DNA from: Armatimonadota bacterium
GTDB taxonomy: Bacteria > Armatimonadota > UBA5829 > DTLH01
Reading direction: 5' to 3'
DNA: 64,000 nucleotides
Assembly: GCA_038207085.1 (NCBI GenBank)
Contig: JBBRAE010000007.1
Coordinates: 64,655 to 128,654 of the forward strand
The translations under genes and the position numbers were made by a program. The number at the start of each line of letters is the position of its first letter. Position 1 is the first letter of the stretch. Below, piece after piece: positions 20,886 through 29,747 of this stretch. A model generated the notes under the pieces. That model did no database searches and had not been told where the DNA came from. It saw nothing but the letters and a program-made list of their open reading frames with translations.

Positions 20886-22249
20886 TCTTCGACCCGCTCT
20901 CCCTTGTAAAGCGTCATTATCACGTTAAAGAGGCCTATGACCGCGCCGGTGATGATAATCAGCCCCTCCATCAACCGAAGGGCCATATATGCCTTCATGG
21001 TCGGCAGCACCCGGTAGACTGTCTCGCCATTCAGCCAGTTCTGCCCCTGAATCAGCCCAGCGATAGTGAGCGTGACAAACATCCCGGTAAGCCCAAGAAG
21101 TATCAGCCAATACTGGATGTTCACCATCCGCTCGCTGTATATCCGTCGCCCCGTGACATACGGCAGCACGTAATAGAGCCCCGCAAGCGCGATAAATCCC
21201 GTAAACCCCAAAACGGCGATATGGGAGTGACCTATAACGAAGTTATTAAAATGCGTCACCCTCTGCACCGATGCAAGCGACTGAAGCGGCCCCTGCACGC
21301 AGACGATCGCGTACCATATAGACCCCACAAGCATCAGCTTCCCGGCAGGAAGCACCAGGAGCCTACTGAATCGCCCGCGCGAGGTGTACCACCAGTTCAC
21401 AAGCACCGTCGCGACCGGCAGCATCATCGCGTAGCTGTCGATCACCGACACGGTCTTGAGCCACGTCGGAATCGGCGCTTGAATCAGGTGATGGCCGCCG
21501 ATGTGGGTGTAAAACGCAAGAAGCGTCCAGAACCCGATGATACCAAGAAGCTGGCTATAAAGCGGCGCACGCACGATCCTCGGGATCATATAGTAGCCAA
21601 TCCCCACCGCAAGCGGCGTCACGAGCAGCCCAAAGACATTGTGCCCGTAGAACCAGAGAAATATCGCGTCGACAACCCCCGCCTCGCTTCCGGTCCCCGG
21701 ACGCCACATCACGTTCCCGAGCACATACATAAACGAGGTCCAAAGCACCGCGCCGACGAAATACCACGCCGAGACATAAAGCAGCGGCTCCCGCCTGCGA
21801 ACAATCGTCATTACAAAATTGATGCTAAGCAGAACGAAGGCGATCACGATCAACACGTCGACCGGCCAAATATATTCGGCGTACTCCCGACCCTGACTGT
21901 GCCCAAGTGCAAGCCCAACATCGCCGATGAGCACCGCCGCGTTCATAAAGAGCGCCGCCAGGTTCCCCATAGGCTCACTAAAGAGCTTCGTCCCGAGCAC
22001 CTTGGGCAAAATATAGATCGCCGACCCCAGCAGCATGATCACCACAAACCCAAAGAGCACAGTGTTGACGTGCACAGCCCTGATGCGACCGAACTCAAGC
22101 CAAGAGATATTGGCGAAGAAGTCCGGCGCAACAAGATGAATCGCGCTCCCAAGCCCGGAAATCGTCCCAACGACGAACCAAAACGCGCCGCTCACCAAAA
22201 ACGCCGCCGCGCTGCTATTTTCTCTCTCCCAAAACCGCCTCACAGGCAC
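20882..22249 (-). CDS. ccoN: cbb3-type (C-family) heme-copper oxidase subunit I
   Basis: FGRIRAVHVN, GREYAE, WFYGHNVFG, FYTHIGGHHL, IGHSHIAVLG. Confidence 0.93.
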   Translation of the reverse strand: MPVRRFWERENSSAAAFLVSGAFWFVVGTISGLGSAIHLVAPDFFANISWLEFGRIRAVHVNTVLFGFVVIMLLGSAIYILPKVLGTKLFSEPMGNLAALFMNAAVLIGDVGLALGHSQGREYAEYIWPVDVLIVIAFVLLSINFVMTIVRRREPLLYVSAWYFVGAVLWTSFMYVLGNVMWRPGTGSEAGVVDAIFLWFYGHNVFGLLVTPLAVGIGYYMIPRIVRAPLYSQLLGIIGFWTLLAFYTHIGGHHLIQAPIPTWLKTVSVIDSYAMMLPVATVLVNWWYTSRGRFSRLLVLPAGKLMLVGSIWYAIVCVQGPLQSLASVQRVTHFNNFVIGHSHIAVLGFTGFIALAGLYYVLPYVTGRRIYSERMVNIQYWLILLGLTGMFVTLTIAGLIQGQNWLNGETVYRVLPTMKAYMALRLMEGLIIITGAVIGLFNVIMTLYKGERVEE

Positions 22250-22287
22250 CTCAACACACTTTCACATCCCACAATAACCGTTCCCAC

Positions 22288-22314
22288 GTAGGGGCGGACC
22301 AATGTGTCCGCCCT
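22288..22314 (+). repeat. GTAG-type REP-like palindrome
   Basis: GTAGGGGCGGAC-CAATGT-GTCCGCCC between actA and ccoN. Confidence 0.55.
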
Positions 22315-22333
22315 TTCCCGGCGACGCTCAAAT

Positions 22334-22882
22334 CTACCAATGACAAGTATAACAACTAACCGAAAAGTTGTTCTTCCAATGACAGTCCACACAGAATCTC
22401 ATGCTGAACTGCTTCACGGTGCGCACCCGATCCATCGCCTTGATGTTACCGTGGCACACACTGCAGTCGAACCGTTTCCCCCACGATGTCGCGTTGGTCA
22501 GGTGCGCCTGATGGCTAAAATGCACAAAGTCCGGCACCCGGTTCACCCGCACCCACCTGATGGGTTTCTTGGTGTCATAACTCGCAAGCACATCCTTGAT
22601 CGGCCTCCACTGCGAGGCTATTACCTTATGGCAGAGCACGCACTTCTCCACGGGAGGAATCGCCGCGTTCGACGACCGAAGCGCCGAGTTGTGACAGAAG
22701 AAGCAGCTCATCTGCTTCGTCCCCGCGTGGACCCTGTGACTGAACGGCACCGGCTGCGACGGCCCGTAATGGTTCGCCCTGCCAAGCACAATCGCCGACG
22801 CCGCGATGATCGCCAAGAGCACAATCGCAATCACGACCACGATCCGAATCACAAGCTGCCTGCGTGGAAGATGGACGATCAA
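22334..22882 (-). CDS. actA: Alternative complex III pentaheme cytochrome ActA
   Basis: PSQPVPFSHRVHAG, five CxxCH, PIRWVRVNRVPDFVHFSH. Confidence 0.9.
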   Translation of the reverse strand: MIVHLPRRQLVIRIVVVIAIVLLAIIAASAIVLGRANHYGPSQPVPFSHRVHAGTKQMSCFFCHNSALRSSNAAIPPVEKCVLCHKVIASQWRPIKDVLASYDTKKPIRWVRVNRVPDFVHFSHQAHLTNATSWGKRFDCSVCHGNIKAMDRVRTVKQFSMRFCVDCHWKNNFSVSCYTCHW

Positions 22883-24081
22883 CTTATGACCTCCATCTTC
22901 TGACGCCCATGAAGCGCCTCATCAGCCGACGACACCGCCGGATACCGTGCCAAAAACGCCGTGACAGACAGAACAAACGCACCCAGGAAGAAAAGCACGC
23001 TAAACGCCGGTATGACACTTAGCGGCGAAACCGCAGATCCAACGACCGAGGGAGCCACCAGCACATATCTCTCGGCTGCGACCCCAAAGATCACAATGCC
23101 AGCCGTGACAGAAAGCCACTTCGGCGAATGCTTGAGTTCGCGGCTCTGGAGCATGATGAACGGAATCGCGTAGCCTACAAAAAACGCCGGCCAACCCACA
23201 TACGGCCACCCCCCTCTGTAGTATCGTTCGATGATAAAGAACGTCTCTTCGGGAATATTGCCATACCAGATCGTCAGATACTGAGCAAAGAAAAGCCCCA
23301 TAGAAAAGAGCGAAAACCCAAGCATCAGGTTCCCCATATCGTTGAAATGCTGAGGAGTGAGAAACCTCATCGCACCGAGTCGCGACCTGAGAAACGTCGC
23401 AAGTATCACAAGCCCCGCCATCCCCGCGTATATATTCGTGATCCAGATGTAGGGCGCAAACATGGTGCTGTACCACTCAGGCGAAAGCGACATAATGAAG
23501 TCGTAGGCAACAATCGAGGACGCCACCACATAGGTAAACACGCACGCGGTCCCGATCGCCGTAAGCCTCCATTGCCCCCTGTCCGAGAGCTCCTCACCGC
23601 CCTGTTTTCGAGCGTCTGCAACGAGAGTCCAGCGCACAAGAAGCGCAAAGAGCACCCCGAGCGCACCAAGAAGCACAATGTCCCGAATCACCATAAACGG
23701 CAGATTGAGCCACGCCTCTTTGTCATGCGCAGGCTCATGTAGCCAAGTCACCCAGCTGTGAGCTCCGACCAAAAGCAGCATCATAACAAAGAAACATACC
23801 GGCCAGAAGAATATCACCGAGTGCCCGATCCGGTTGACCACCGGCGTCCACTTCGCCTGCGCCACCCGAAACACCGCCGACCACGCAAGCATCCCGCTTG
23901 AGACGCCCATAAACACCACAAACCAGACTACAAGCCAAACCCACGTATCGACGGGCGCGACAAAGAACCCGACGACCGCCGCGACTATCCCCAAAACGAC
24001 AGCCACAATCGCCGCGAGTTTCAGTCCTCCGGGCACGGTGAACCGCGACTCCATCTGATCTGGGCTGGCCTCAATACTCAT
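22879..24081 (-). CDS. actF: Alternative complex III membrane subunit ActF
   Basis: DFIMSLSPEWYSTMF, QYLTIWYGNIPEE; NrfD-like paralogue. Confidence 0.85.
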   Translation of the reverse strand: MSIEASPDQMESRFTVPGGLKLAAIVAVVLGIVAAVVGFFVAPVDTWVWLVVWFVVFMGVSSGMLAWSAVFRVAQAKWTPVVNRIGHSVIFFWPVCFFVMMLLLVGAHSWVTWLHEPAHDKEAWLNLPFMVIRDIVLLGALGVLFALLVRWTLVADARKQGGEELSDRGQWRLTAIGTACVFTYVVASSIVAYDFIMSLSPEWYSTMFAPYIWITNIYAGMAGLVILATFLRSRLGAMRFLTPQHFNDMGNLMLGFSLFSMGLFFAQYLTIWYGNIPEETFFIIERYYRGGWPYVGWPAFFVGYAIPFIMLQSRELKHSPKWLSVTAGIVIFGVAAERYVLVAPSVVGSAVSPLSVIPAFSVLFFLGAFVLSVTAFLARYPAVSSADEALHGRQKMEVIS

Positions 24082-24640
24082 AGACTTCCACCGCTCCTGC
24101 GTTTCTAAGCAACTCCATAGTGCTTTCTACCTGCTCCGGCGCACACGACGCTCCTACTCCAAACAAATCGCCGCTGAACCTCGGGTCATACTCAGGCATC
24201 GCCTGACGCCCGAATATCAGCCGCGCATAGTAAAGGGTCGCAACAAACGCCGCAATCGCCCCCAGGAGTATCGTCCCTTCATAGGCGATGACCACATACG
24301 GCACGCGTGAGACCGGCGGCTTGCCGCCGACGATCAACTTATAGATGTTCGACGTCGCAACCGCCATATAGAAGAACAGACAAAGCCCAGTGATCGCCCC
24401 AACGGTGGCTACCCCTCGAACCGGGCTCACGTTTCTCCCTGTTAGTATCTCGACAACAGTCTCTTTAAAACTCCTGGGGATCATCCGAGCTGGCATCAGC
24501 GGCCCGAGTTCATCGAGATTCACCGGCCCATAGGCTTCATAGTCAGGAACCCCCGACACCTGAAGCGACCCGAGCGCCCGTTTGAACGCATCAAAGTCTT
24601 CGAACTTGCCGACCACTTTTCGAAGGACAACCGCCGTCAT
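24071..24640 (-). CDS. actD: Alternative complex III subunit ActD
   Basis: LIVGGKP...PYVVIAYEGTIL, YDPRFSGD. Confidence 0.85.
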   Translation of the reverse strand: MTAVVLRKVVGKFEDFDAFKRALGSLQVSGVPDYEAYGPVNLDELGPLMPARMIPRSFKETVVEILTGRNVSPVRGVATVGAITGLCLFFYMAVATSNIYKLIVGGKPPVSRVPYVVIAYEGTILLGAIAAFVATLYYARLIFGRQAMPEYDPRFSGDLFGVGASCAPEQVESTMELLRNAGAVEVYEY

Positions 24641-25968
24641 TCCTCTTCCATCCCTTCGAGCGCGACATCCTTCAGCTCACCCATCGGCACCGACGGGAAG
24701 AACTTCACAAACGACAGGAAAAGCAGCAGGAAGAGCCCAAGCGACCCAAGGCTGATGCACCCCTCAACCAGCCTGGGCGCATATATCCCCCACGACGACG
24801 GCACGAAGTTGTTCGCAAGCCCCCCGACGATAATCACAAACCGCTCGAACCACATCCCGACGTTGATCAGAATCCCAATGATAAACAGCCACGTCCAGTT
24901 GGTGCGAAGCTTCTTCCAGAAAAGCGTCATCGGCACAATGACGTTTAGGAACACCATCGCCCAATAGAACGGCCCGTACGGGCCCGTCGCGCGAATCACA
25001 TTGAACTGCCGCTCAAAGATATCGCCGCTGTACCAGGCCATAAACACCTCGACGATATAGGCGTAACCCACAATCGACCCAGTAAGAATGAGAAGCAGTG
25101 CCATCTGCTCAAAATAGTATAGCGAAAGAATCCTCTCAAGCTTGAGCACCTTCCTAAGGGGTATCAAAAGCGTAATCACCATCGCAAGTCCGGAGTGAAT
25201 CGCCCCTGCGACGAAGTACGGCGCAAATATCGTCGTGTGCCACCCGGGGTTGATCGACATCGCAAAGTCCCACGAGACAACGCTGTGCACGGATATTACC
25301 AGGGGTGTCGCAAGCGCCGCGAGCGCGAGATACCCCCGCGCGTAGTGCCTCCACTTGTCCCAACTCGGCGTCCACCCAAACGCGAGTATCGAATAGAGCT
25401 TCTTTCGCCACCCCTCAGACCTGTCACGCACCGTCCCAAGGTCAGGAATCAGCCCAAGGTAGAAGAAAAGCAGGCTCACAGTGAAGTAAGTAGTAACCGC
25501 GACCACGTCCCACACCAAAGGTGACTTGAAGTTCGGCCACAAATACCTCCAGTTCGGATACGGCAGTATCCAGTAAAACACCCAAACGCGCCCGAGGTGG
25601 ATCAGTGGGAAGAGCCCCGCTGTCATAATCGCAAAGAGCGTCATCGCCTCAGCCGCACGGTTGATCCCGTTGCGCCACTTGGTCCTGAAAAGAAACAGAA
25701 TCGCCGAAATGAGCGTCCCTGAGTGTGCAATTCCGATCCACCACACGAAGTTCGTGATGTATGTTCCCCACGAGACCGGCACGTTCAGCCCGGTGACCCC
25801 CATCCCGAGGAAATACTGCACAGCGTAGGCCGCGACGCCGATCACGAGCATCAGGAAGCACACCCCAAGCGTGATGAGATAACCCCTCGACGGCCTGTCG
25901 AGCGACCCTATTATCAGATCATCAATCTCGCGCAAGACTCCGTTTGCCACGTCAAATCTCCTCGACAA
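24637..25968 (-). CDS. actC: Alternative complex III quinol-oxidising NrfD-like subunit ActC
   Basis: NFVWWIGIAHSGTLISAIL, HLGRVW, SPLVWD, VHSVVSWDF, WHTTIFAPYFVAGAI. Confidence 0.95.
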   Translation of the reverse strand: MSRRFDVANGVLREIDDLIIGSLDRPSRGYLITLGVCFLMLVIGVAAYAVQYFLGMGVTGLNVPVSWGTYITNFVWWIGIAHSGTLISAILFLFRTKWRNGINRAAEAMTLFAIMTAGLFPLIHLGRVWVFYWILPYPNWRYLWPNFKSPLVWDVVAVTTYFTVSLLFFYLGLIPDLGTVRDRSEGWRKKLYSILAFGWTPSWDKWRHYARGYLALAALATPLVISVHSVVSWDFAMSINPGWHTTIFAPYFVAGAIHSGLAMVITLLIPLRKVLKLERILSLYYFEQMALLLILTGSIVGYAYIVEVFMAWYSGDIFERQFNVIRATGPYGPFYWAMVFLNVIVPMTLFWKKLRTNWTWLFIIGILINVGMWFERFVIIVGGLANNFVPSSWGIYAPRLVEGCISLGSLGLFLLLFLSFVKFFPSVPMGELKDVALEGMEEE

Positions 25969-28843
25969 TCCGCTTGAGATAGATCACCGCAGGCTTGGTG
26001 TTCAGCTTATGGAGCGCCTGATAGGCCCTTGGGTCGGTTCTGACGATCCGAGAAACCTCCGAGTGCGGGTCCATCAAGTCACCAAACGTATATACCCCAG
26101 TCGGGCACGTCTGCTGGCACGCTGTGACGACCTCCCCATCGCGAGGCTCCCGACCTTCTTTACGCGCACTGATCTCCGCCTCGCGAATGCGTTGGATGCA
26201 GAACGTGCACTTCTCCATAACGCCTCGGTCGCGCACGGTCACATCAGGGTTCAGCCTCCAGTTCATCGGCTCGGGCCAGGTATAATGGAACCAGTTAAAC
26301 CGCCGCACCTTGTAGGGGCAATTGTTCGCGCAGTAGCGAGTGCCGATGCAGCGATTGTAGACCTGCATATTGATGCCTTCATCGCTGTGTGCCGCCGCAA
26401 ATACCGGGCAAACCGATTCACATGGAGCCGCGTCGCAGTGCTGGCAGAGCATCGGGTCAAAGAGCACCGGCGCGGCCTTTTGCGACCAGTCGATGTATGA
26501 ATCGATCCGAAGCCACGTCATCTCCCGACCCCACCTCGCGTCCCGAGCGCCGACTACCGCGACGTTGTTTTCCACATAGCACGCCGCCACGCAAGCCTCG
26601 CAGCCGATGCACTTGTCAAGATCGACCACAAGAGCCCACCGGTGCTTATCGTGATCGTGTCCGGGCTGAAAGTCCTCGCGCCCGTAGCCTTGGGGAAGCG
26701 GCATAGCGATCTTGTCGCGCTTCTCAGACTTACCGAGCCCCGTTACCCGTGCGATCCCTCGCCCGTGCTGGTCCTGACTCCCTCGAAGCCGGTTGAGCAC
26801 CAGTGTCGCATCACCCGGCCCAACCCGCACAGTCTGGGCAAACGTCGGAGTCATCTTCCAGCCATTGGCTCCGACACCTTTGGCGAACCGCCCATACTCG
26901 GTGTGCCCCTGCCCGATCGGAATAGCGATCGTCCCCGGCGCGACCCCTTCCCAGACATAGACCGGAGCCTCATACTGCGAAGACAACACTGTCATCCCAC
27001 CGCCTTCGACATCCCTTGTAACCCGAACAACATCTTTGGTCACGACGCCGAGCTTCCTCGCGGTCTCCGGGTGCATCTCGACCCAGGAGCCCCAGACAGT
27101 GCGAACGACCGGCTCAGGAATCTCCTGCAGTGTCCTCTTGTTCGCGCTTCGACCATCGTAGAAGCAGACGTGAGGGAATGTGTAGAGCTTGAGCTCGTCC
27201 TTACCAGGCGAGAAGAAGTCGAGCCGAGGAGTCCCGGCACGAGCCGCAGCACGCAGCGCAACTTTGAACGCTGGCGGCCCAGGCGCAGACGCACCGGACG
27301 CAGCGGGAGGCACATTGGTAGTGCGTCCGACCATCGGGCGCACATTACGCGACGCGGGCGAAGGAGTCCACTTGCCTCCAACCTGAACAACCGCCTCCCA
27401 CGCAGGCGCAACCGCAGTGACCTCTCCTCCCAGAGCTATGGGAGCGCCCCAGCGCCTTCTCAAGAACTCATAGTAAGAAGCAGCTCCGAGATCAGCCCCA
27501 GCCCGGCGGGCAAGCTCCAGAAAAATGTCCCCGGCAGGCCGGGTGTCGAATATACGGCCCATAGTAGGCTGCATCACGTTCGAAACATCGGGGTAAGGTT
27601 GATAGTCGCCCCAGGACTCAAGAAAATGGTCGATCGGAAGCACCCAGTTGGCGATAGCAGCGGTCTCATCGTAGTAAGGCGACATGTTGACTATGTGGCG
27701 GACGTTCTTCGCCGCTTCGACAAAGGCTCCCCAATACGCAAAAGCGGGGTTCGCCTGGTGCACGATCAACACATCGATGTTGCCCGCGCCCATATCGGCC
27801 ACAAGCGCGTCCATATCCTCACTCGGCGACACAAGCGAGAGCGCATGCGGCCTGCCGGTGTCGACCAGCCCGCCCCCTCGCGCCGAGTTGATCGCCATCG
27901 CAGCCCGGGCCGAATAGGCGTCGCCCCCCGGAAGGGCGATAGGCCTCGAAGCCGCCGCAAGCGCCCGCCCAGCCGCTCGGATGTCGTCGGCGTCGATCCC
28001 AAGCCGCTTCGCCACGGCATCTGCCGTAAACCCGGAAGGCGCGCCGATCCCAGCCTCCGAGGCAATCGCATAAACGACAGCTGCCTCAGATCCCGCTGGC
28101 ACGATGATCCTAAGGTCCGCGCTCGCAGCCGTAGCCGAAACCCTCGGCCCGACGTACACGAACTTAGCCCGACGCCCGCCTCTTGCTTCGCGAACAGCCC
28201 CAAACTGCCACGCAAACTCGACGGGGGATATCCAAGTCTCAAGAAAATCCGCAGAAGATGAGAGTATGAAGTCGCTTCCGGCAATGTTGAACCACGGCAC
28301 AACCCCGCCAGTGACATTCTTAATAGCCGAGTAGTCTATCGGCTCATATACAACGACTCGACCTCCGAGCGACCCCGCGAACGAGCGCATCAGAGCGTCA
28401 AGCGACCCCGACTGAAGATCAGTCACAACCGCAACCCGCCCCCGAGCCTCCCGAATCGCCGTTCCAAGCTCTGAAAGTGCATCATCCCACTTCACGGAAG
28501 CGAGCCGCCTCGATTCCCCTCGCCGTTTCGGTCGTTTCAGCCTGTCGGGGTCATACAGCCCGTCGAGCGATGCCTGACCACGCACGCAGAGCCTTCCAAG
28601 CGCCACCGGCTGAAGCGGGTTCCCCTCGCACTTGACTGCATGCACCTCGCGCGTCCGCACTAGCATGCCGCACCCCGCAGGGCACTCTCTGCAGCTCGTC
28701 GCATACCACAGACTTGCTCCGGGGATTAGATCATCAGGCTGATGGATGAACGGGATGAGGTGCTCATACCCCGCCGCCGAGAGACTAAGTCCTCCCGCGA
28801 TCAGCCCCATTCCCTTCAGCAATTCACGACGTGTAAGAGGCAA
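25952..28843 (-). CDS. actB: Alternative complex III subunit ActB (molybdopterin-oxidoreductase-like plus Fe-S domain)
   Basis: Tat motif LTRRELLK; C-terminal CIGCEACVAAC, CQHCDAAPC, CIGTRYC, MEKCTFC; GGAGG RBS before TTG 28843. Confidence 0.92.
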   Translation of the reverse strand: MPLTRRELLKGMGLIAGGLSLSAAGYEHLIPFIHQPDDLIPGASLWYATSCRECPAGCGMLVRTREVHAVKCEGNPLQPVALGRLCVRGQASLDGLYDPDRLKRPKRRGESRRLASVKWDDALSELGTAIREARGRVAVVTDLQSGSLDALMRSFAGSLGGRVVVYEPIDYSAIKNVTGGVVPWFNIAGSDFILSSSADFLETWISPVEFAWQFGAVREARGGRRAKFVYVGPRVSATAASADLRIIVPAGSEAAVVYAIASEAGIGAPSGFTADAVAKRLGIDADDIRAAGRALAAASRPIALPGGDAYSARAAMAINSARGGGLVDTGRPHALSLVSPSEDMDALVADMGAGNIDVLIVHQANPAFAYWGAFVEAAKNVRHIVNMSPYYDETAAIANWVLPIDHFLESWGDYQPYPDVSNVMQPTMGRIFDTRPAGDIFLELARRAGADLGAASYYEFLRRRWGAPIALGGEVTAVAPAWEAVVQVGGKWTPSPASRNVRPMVGRTTNVPPAASGASAPGPPAFKVALRAAARAGTPRLDFFSPGKDELKLYTFPHVCFYDGRSANKRTLQEIPEPVVRTVWGSWVEMHPETARKLGVVTKDVVRVTRDVEGGGMTVLSSQYEAPVYVWEGVAPGTIAIPIGQGHTEYGRFAKGVGANGWKMTPTFAQTVRVGPGDATLVLNRLRGSQDQHGRGIARVTGLGKSEKRDKIAMPLPQGYGREDFQPGHDHDKHRWALVVDLDKCIGCEACVAACYVENNVAVVGARDARWGREMTWLRIDSYIDWSQKAAPVLFDPMLCQHCDAAPCESVCPVFAAAHSDEGINMQVYNRCIGTRYCANNCPYKVRRFNWFHYTWPEPMNWRLNPDVTVRDRGVMEKCTFCIQRIREAEISARKEGREPRDGEVVTACQQTCPTGVYTFGDLMDPHSEVSRIVRTDPRAYQALHKLNTKPAVIYLKRIVEEI

Positions 28844-29027
28844 CTTTCTGTGACCCTCCGAACTTGCACTATCCGACAAACACTGGTACCATGCCCACGT
28901 AGCAAGTATGCTTATCCGTAATAAGAGTATTCTATCCAGGCTCAACAATTCCTACACCTTTTAGCTAACTATTTTTCGGGGTATACTGTTCCGTATCAAT
29001 CGACCGACCATACGGAGGAAGTTACTT

Positions 29028-29747
29028 ATGTGGACTGCTTTTCTGATAGGCCTCGCGGCAGGACTGGCTAACACCGCCCACTGCCTCGGAATGTGCGGAG
29101 GATTCCCTCTGCATCTAGCAAAGCAATCGACCAGCGGACGCGGCGCGATGCGTCAGATGCTATTCCTAACAGGCAAAGCCTTCACATACATCTTTCTCGG
29201 CGCAATCGCCGGAGCGCTCGGCATGGTCCTCCTAAAGAACACCCCAGTTGCAGCGGCCGCCCCAGCGCTCAGGATTGCAACCGGCTCGCTCACAGTGCTC
29301 TTCGGGCTCTTGATGCTCGGAGTGAAGCTCCCTGCGATCAAGTCCCTCCAGGGAGTCGCCGATGCAGGAGTAGTCCGAAGTCTCTTCGGCGGCCTACTTA
29401 CCAACCCGAGCCCGACAGCCGCCTTCATCCTCGGCCTTGGCGTCGGCTTCCTCCCCTGCCCGCTCCCGATCGGCATGCTTCTTGTCGCAGCCACCTCGCA
29501 CAACATATTCGAGGGAATGGCGATAATGACCGGCGTCGGCCTCGGGACAGCTCCCGGGCTCCTTGCCGCAGGCGTCCTTGGTATTGGAATCGACCGCCGC
29601 TTCGCAAGATCAGGCGCAAGAGTCGCCGGAGTCGCAGTTATCTTGATCGGGCTCTTCACCCTCGGCAAAGCGACCGGCATCGTCAAGATGCAGCACCCGC
29701 CCGCCAAACACACGACCCCTTCCTGCTGTGGAGGGGCATCACATTGA
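29028..29747 (+). CDS. DsbD_2/TauE-like membrane protein (cbb3 maturation-associated)
   Basis: HCLGMCGG and GFLPC motifs; multiple TMs; next to ccoI. Confidence 0.8.
   Translation: MWTAFLIGLAAGLANTAHCLGMCGGFPLHLAKQSTSGRGAMRQMLFLTGKAFTYIFLGAIAGALGMVLLKNTPVAAAAPALRIATGSLTVLFGLLMLGVKLPAIKSLQGVADAGVVRSLFGGLLTNPSPTAAFILGLGVGFLPCPLPIGMLLVAATSHNIFEGMAIMTGVGLGTAPGLLAAGVLGIGIDRRFARSGARVAGVAVILIGLFTLGKATGIVKMQHPPAKHTTPSCCGGASH

Noticed and set aside
20882..22249. Nitric oxide reductase instead of cbb3 oxidase
   Set aside because: It has the C-family WFYGHN motif and a Tyr before the HH pair, and it comes with ccoO/ccoS/ccoI; the NOR HLWVE motif is absent.
26642..28261. Long antisense or alternate-frame ORFs (e.g. 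26642-28261, 19332-20732, 21221-22291, 56295-57401, 5749-6732)
   Set aside because: Shadow ORFs opposite well-supported genes, typical of high-GC codon bias.
29093..29743. N-terminal extensions in the ORF track (ATPase from 29093; likewise mutS from 59637, groES from 5324, cytochrome b from 13929, actB from 28948, rpmH from 41870)
   Set aside because: They overlap upstream genes, repeats or promoters; downstream starts give the expected family N-termini, most with a clear RBS.
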